Shown here: piece after piece, positions 22,621 through 24,000 of the stretch | Numbering within the stretch: the stretch's first letter is position 1 | Layout of the letters: every line of letters begins with the position of its first letter | NCBI GenBank assembly: GCA_016840095.1 | Contig: JAEOSZ010000111.1 | Span: 77,258-101,257 of the forward strand | Origin: Candidatus Heimdallarchaeota archaeon | GTDB lineage: Archaea; Asgardarchaeota; Heimdallarchaeia; Heimdallarchaeales; Heimdallarchaeaceae | Direction: 5' to 3' | DNA length: 24,000 nucleotides | Program-made: the position numbers and the translations under genes | The notes under the pieces: model-generated | Told to the model about the DNA's origin: nothing | Databases searched by the model: none | Seen by the model: only the letters and a program-made list of their open reading frames with translations

Positions 22621-24000
22621 TCGAGCATTAATATATCCAATTCCTCCTATTGGAGAATCTTCAGAATAGTAGCGTCGATATGATGCTAAATAATCACTTA
22701 AACCTGTTACACTTGCCATGATGAACCAAGGCCAACTTACTTCTTGCCATTTGTGATTATCATCATACATTCCAAACTGCCAAGATTTGTATTTCTCAAT
22801 ATTACTATTTTGTTTATCGGAGATTTTTGTTATTTCTAACATTTTTGCTTCAATAATCTTTGCAAGATTACTAGATTCAGCTGTCAATTGTTCTTGTTCT
22901 CCCTTCCTTCTAGCTTTGGCTAATCGTCCTAAAGTTTTAAAGAAATCTCCTGCAAAAAGAGATAAAGTCTCATCTCCAAGCTCTTGATTTAGATTTTCAA
23001 TCCATGGAGTATTATATAACATTCTTGTATATTTTACATATATTGGAAACTGAAGGCCTATTTTTCTAGTTGCTGGAATTACTTGAGCATTGTAGTTTAT
23101 CTCTCCTGGACCAGAAACTCTGATGTATACTGGCATTATAGATTGAAGCAGAGCTTGATTAGTATCTAATCGAGGTACTAATCTCAATGGAAGATTAGAT
23201 AGATCAATGTTTTTTTTATCCACGACAAAAGAGTAGACTGTTTTATCGTTTGGACATATCCCAGTGAAGTAAAGTGAGTCTTCCTTATCTTTGCAAGATA
23301 ATTGAATCCTGTGACCATCTTTTGGACTCTCATAAAAGAAAGGAGCGTAATCTTCATCTTTCTTTGCAGTTGTAAACTGATATCCCAATTTTTCAATTGC
23401 TTCTGTAGCTTTATTAAATTCTTCAATATATTCAGTTCGTTTTTTGATAAAGGGTCTGTATCCATCAACTGATAGTTTCCTTATCTCTGGATGAGATGAA
23501 GGAAAGAAAACAACACCCCAATCATTGAAGATATTGGCTTGGATTCCCCAGAGTAAAGTTATCCATTCTCCTATATCTTTGGAAGATCTATAAGTTTCTC
23601 TAATGAAAGTGAGAATATGGTCTACTTTTTCTGTGAAAACCTTCTGAGAGGTTTTATCCAGGGAGGTTCTAAACTCGTTAAAGATATTTCTAATAATAGA
23701 AAGATTTTCTTCAAGCCATAAATATTCATTTGAAGCAATTTTGCTAGAAACTAAACCATCAATTGCACTAGTTAACGAAATTGGTTTGCTTGCAGATGAT
23801 TGATTATTGGGAAGATGAATGGTAGTGATTTCAGGTTGAATACTATCATGAGTATTAACTAAGAACATAGGAACTAAGTAATGATTTTTCATTTTACTAA
23901 CATCTGAGATTGCAGCAACTGTAGCAATTTTATTCCCAATTATACCTGAACCCCCAAAAATTGTAGCTTGTTGTCCCCCTAAAACTACTCCTTTGTGAAT
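22615..24000 (-). CDS. bshC: BshC-like protein (UPF0747; putative cysteine-adding enzyme of bacillithiol biosynthesis). Partial: the N-terminus lies beyond the window edge.
   Basis: The reading frame stays open upstream of the track's Met at 23892 through to position 24000: IHKGVVLGGQQATIFGGSGIIGNKIATVAAISDVSKMKNHYLVPMF. This aligns with remembered B. subtilis BshC [30 protein letters not shown]...VPVIPIFWVAGEDHD. Further downstream, IRVSGPGEINYNAQV aligns with AFIAGPGEINYWGEL. The 3' end overlaps the bshA-like stop by 6 nt (convergent). Confidence 0.7.
   Translation of the reverse strand: MHKGVVLGGQQATIFGGSGIIGNKIATVAAISDVSKMKNHYLVPMFLVNTHDSIQPEITTIHLPNNQSSASKPISLTSAIDGLVSSKIASNEYLWLEENLSIIRNIFNEFRTSLDKTSQKVFTEKVDHILTFIRETYRSSKDIGEWITLLWGIQANIFNDWGVVFFPSSHPEIRKLSVDGYRPFIKKRTEYIEEFNKATEAIEKLGYQFTTAKKDEDYAPFFYESPKDGHRIQLSCKDKEDSLYFTGICPNDKTVYSFVVDKKNIDLSNLPLRLVPRLDTNQALLQSIMPVYIRVSGPGEINYNAQVIPATRKIGLQFPIYVKYTRMLYNTPWIENLNQELGDETLSLFAGDFFKTLGRLAKARRKGEQEQLTAESSNLAKIIEAKMLEITKISDKQNSNIEKYKSWQFGMYDDNHKWQEVSWPWFIMASVTGLSDYLASYRRYYSEDSPIGGIGYINARL

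Noticed and set aside
23890-23892. The Met at 23892, taken by the ORF track as the start of the 425-aa protein.
   Set aside because: The frame is open for all 36 codons upstream to the window edge. That upstream segment contains the BshC-type GGQQ motif, so the real start lies beyond position 24000.

Overview
AT-rich, tightly packed chromosomal segment: about 28 protein genes, one tRNA, short intergenic regions and frequent stop/start overlaps. The core gene set is archaeal. It includes the bifunctional FBP aldolase/phosphatase, CofC/CofD for F420 biosynthesis, an RpoH/Rpb5 RNA polymerase subunit, Fap7, Tsr3, a BpsA/DUF43-like enzyme, and small zinc-ribbon proteins of DUF2072, DUF2073 and DUF1922 type. 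Mixed in are several bacterial-type genes: class II FBP aldolase, class I FBPase, a PlsY-like protein, ArsM, a sulfotransferase, and BshA and BshC homologues. I infer, without proof, that this mosaic plus a eukaryote-like Rpb5 architecture points to an Asgard (Loki-like) archaeon. I found no CRISPR array, transposase or integrase, or recognisable defence system. The observations most worth follow-up are these. (1) An RpoH homologue carries the N-terminal domain normally seen only in eukaryotic Rpb5, plus a 118-aa Lys/Thr/Ala tandem-repeat tail encoded by perfect 18-bp DNA repeats. (2) A convergent BshA-like/BshC-like pair suggests a bacillithiol-type thiol pathway. (3) A truncated DUS-like FMN TIM-barrel gene sits between cofD and cofC with tight stop/start spacing. 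(4) An arsM gene appears to be translationally coupled to a Cys-rich AbrB/SpoVT-domain protein. (5) A 755-aa all-helical orphan protein has no recognisable motif. All family assignments come from reading the translations against remembered family motifs and reference sequences. No database search was run.
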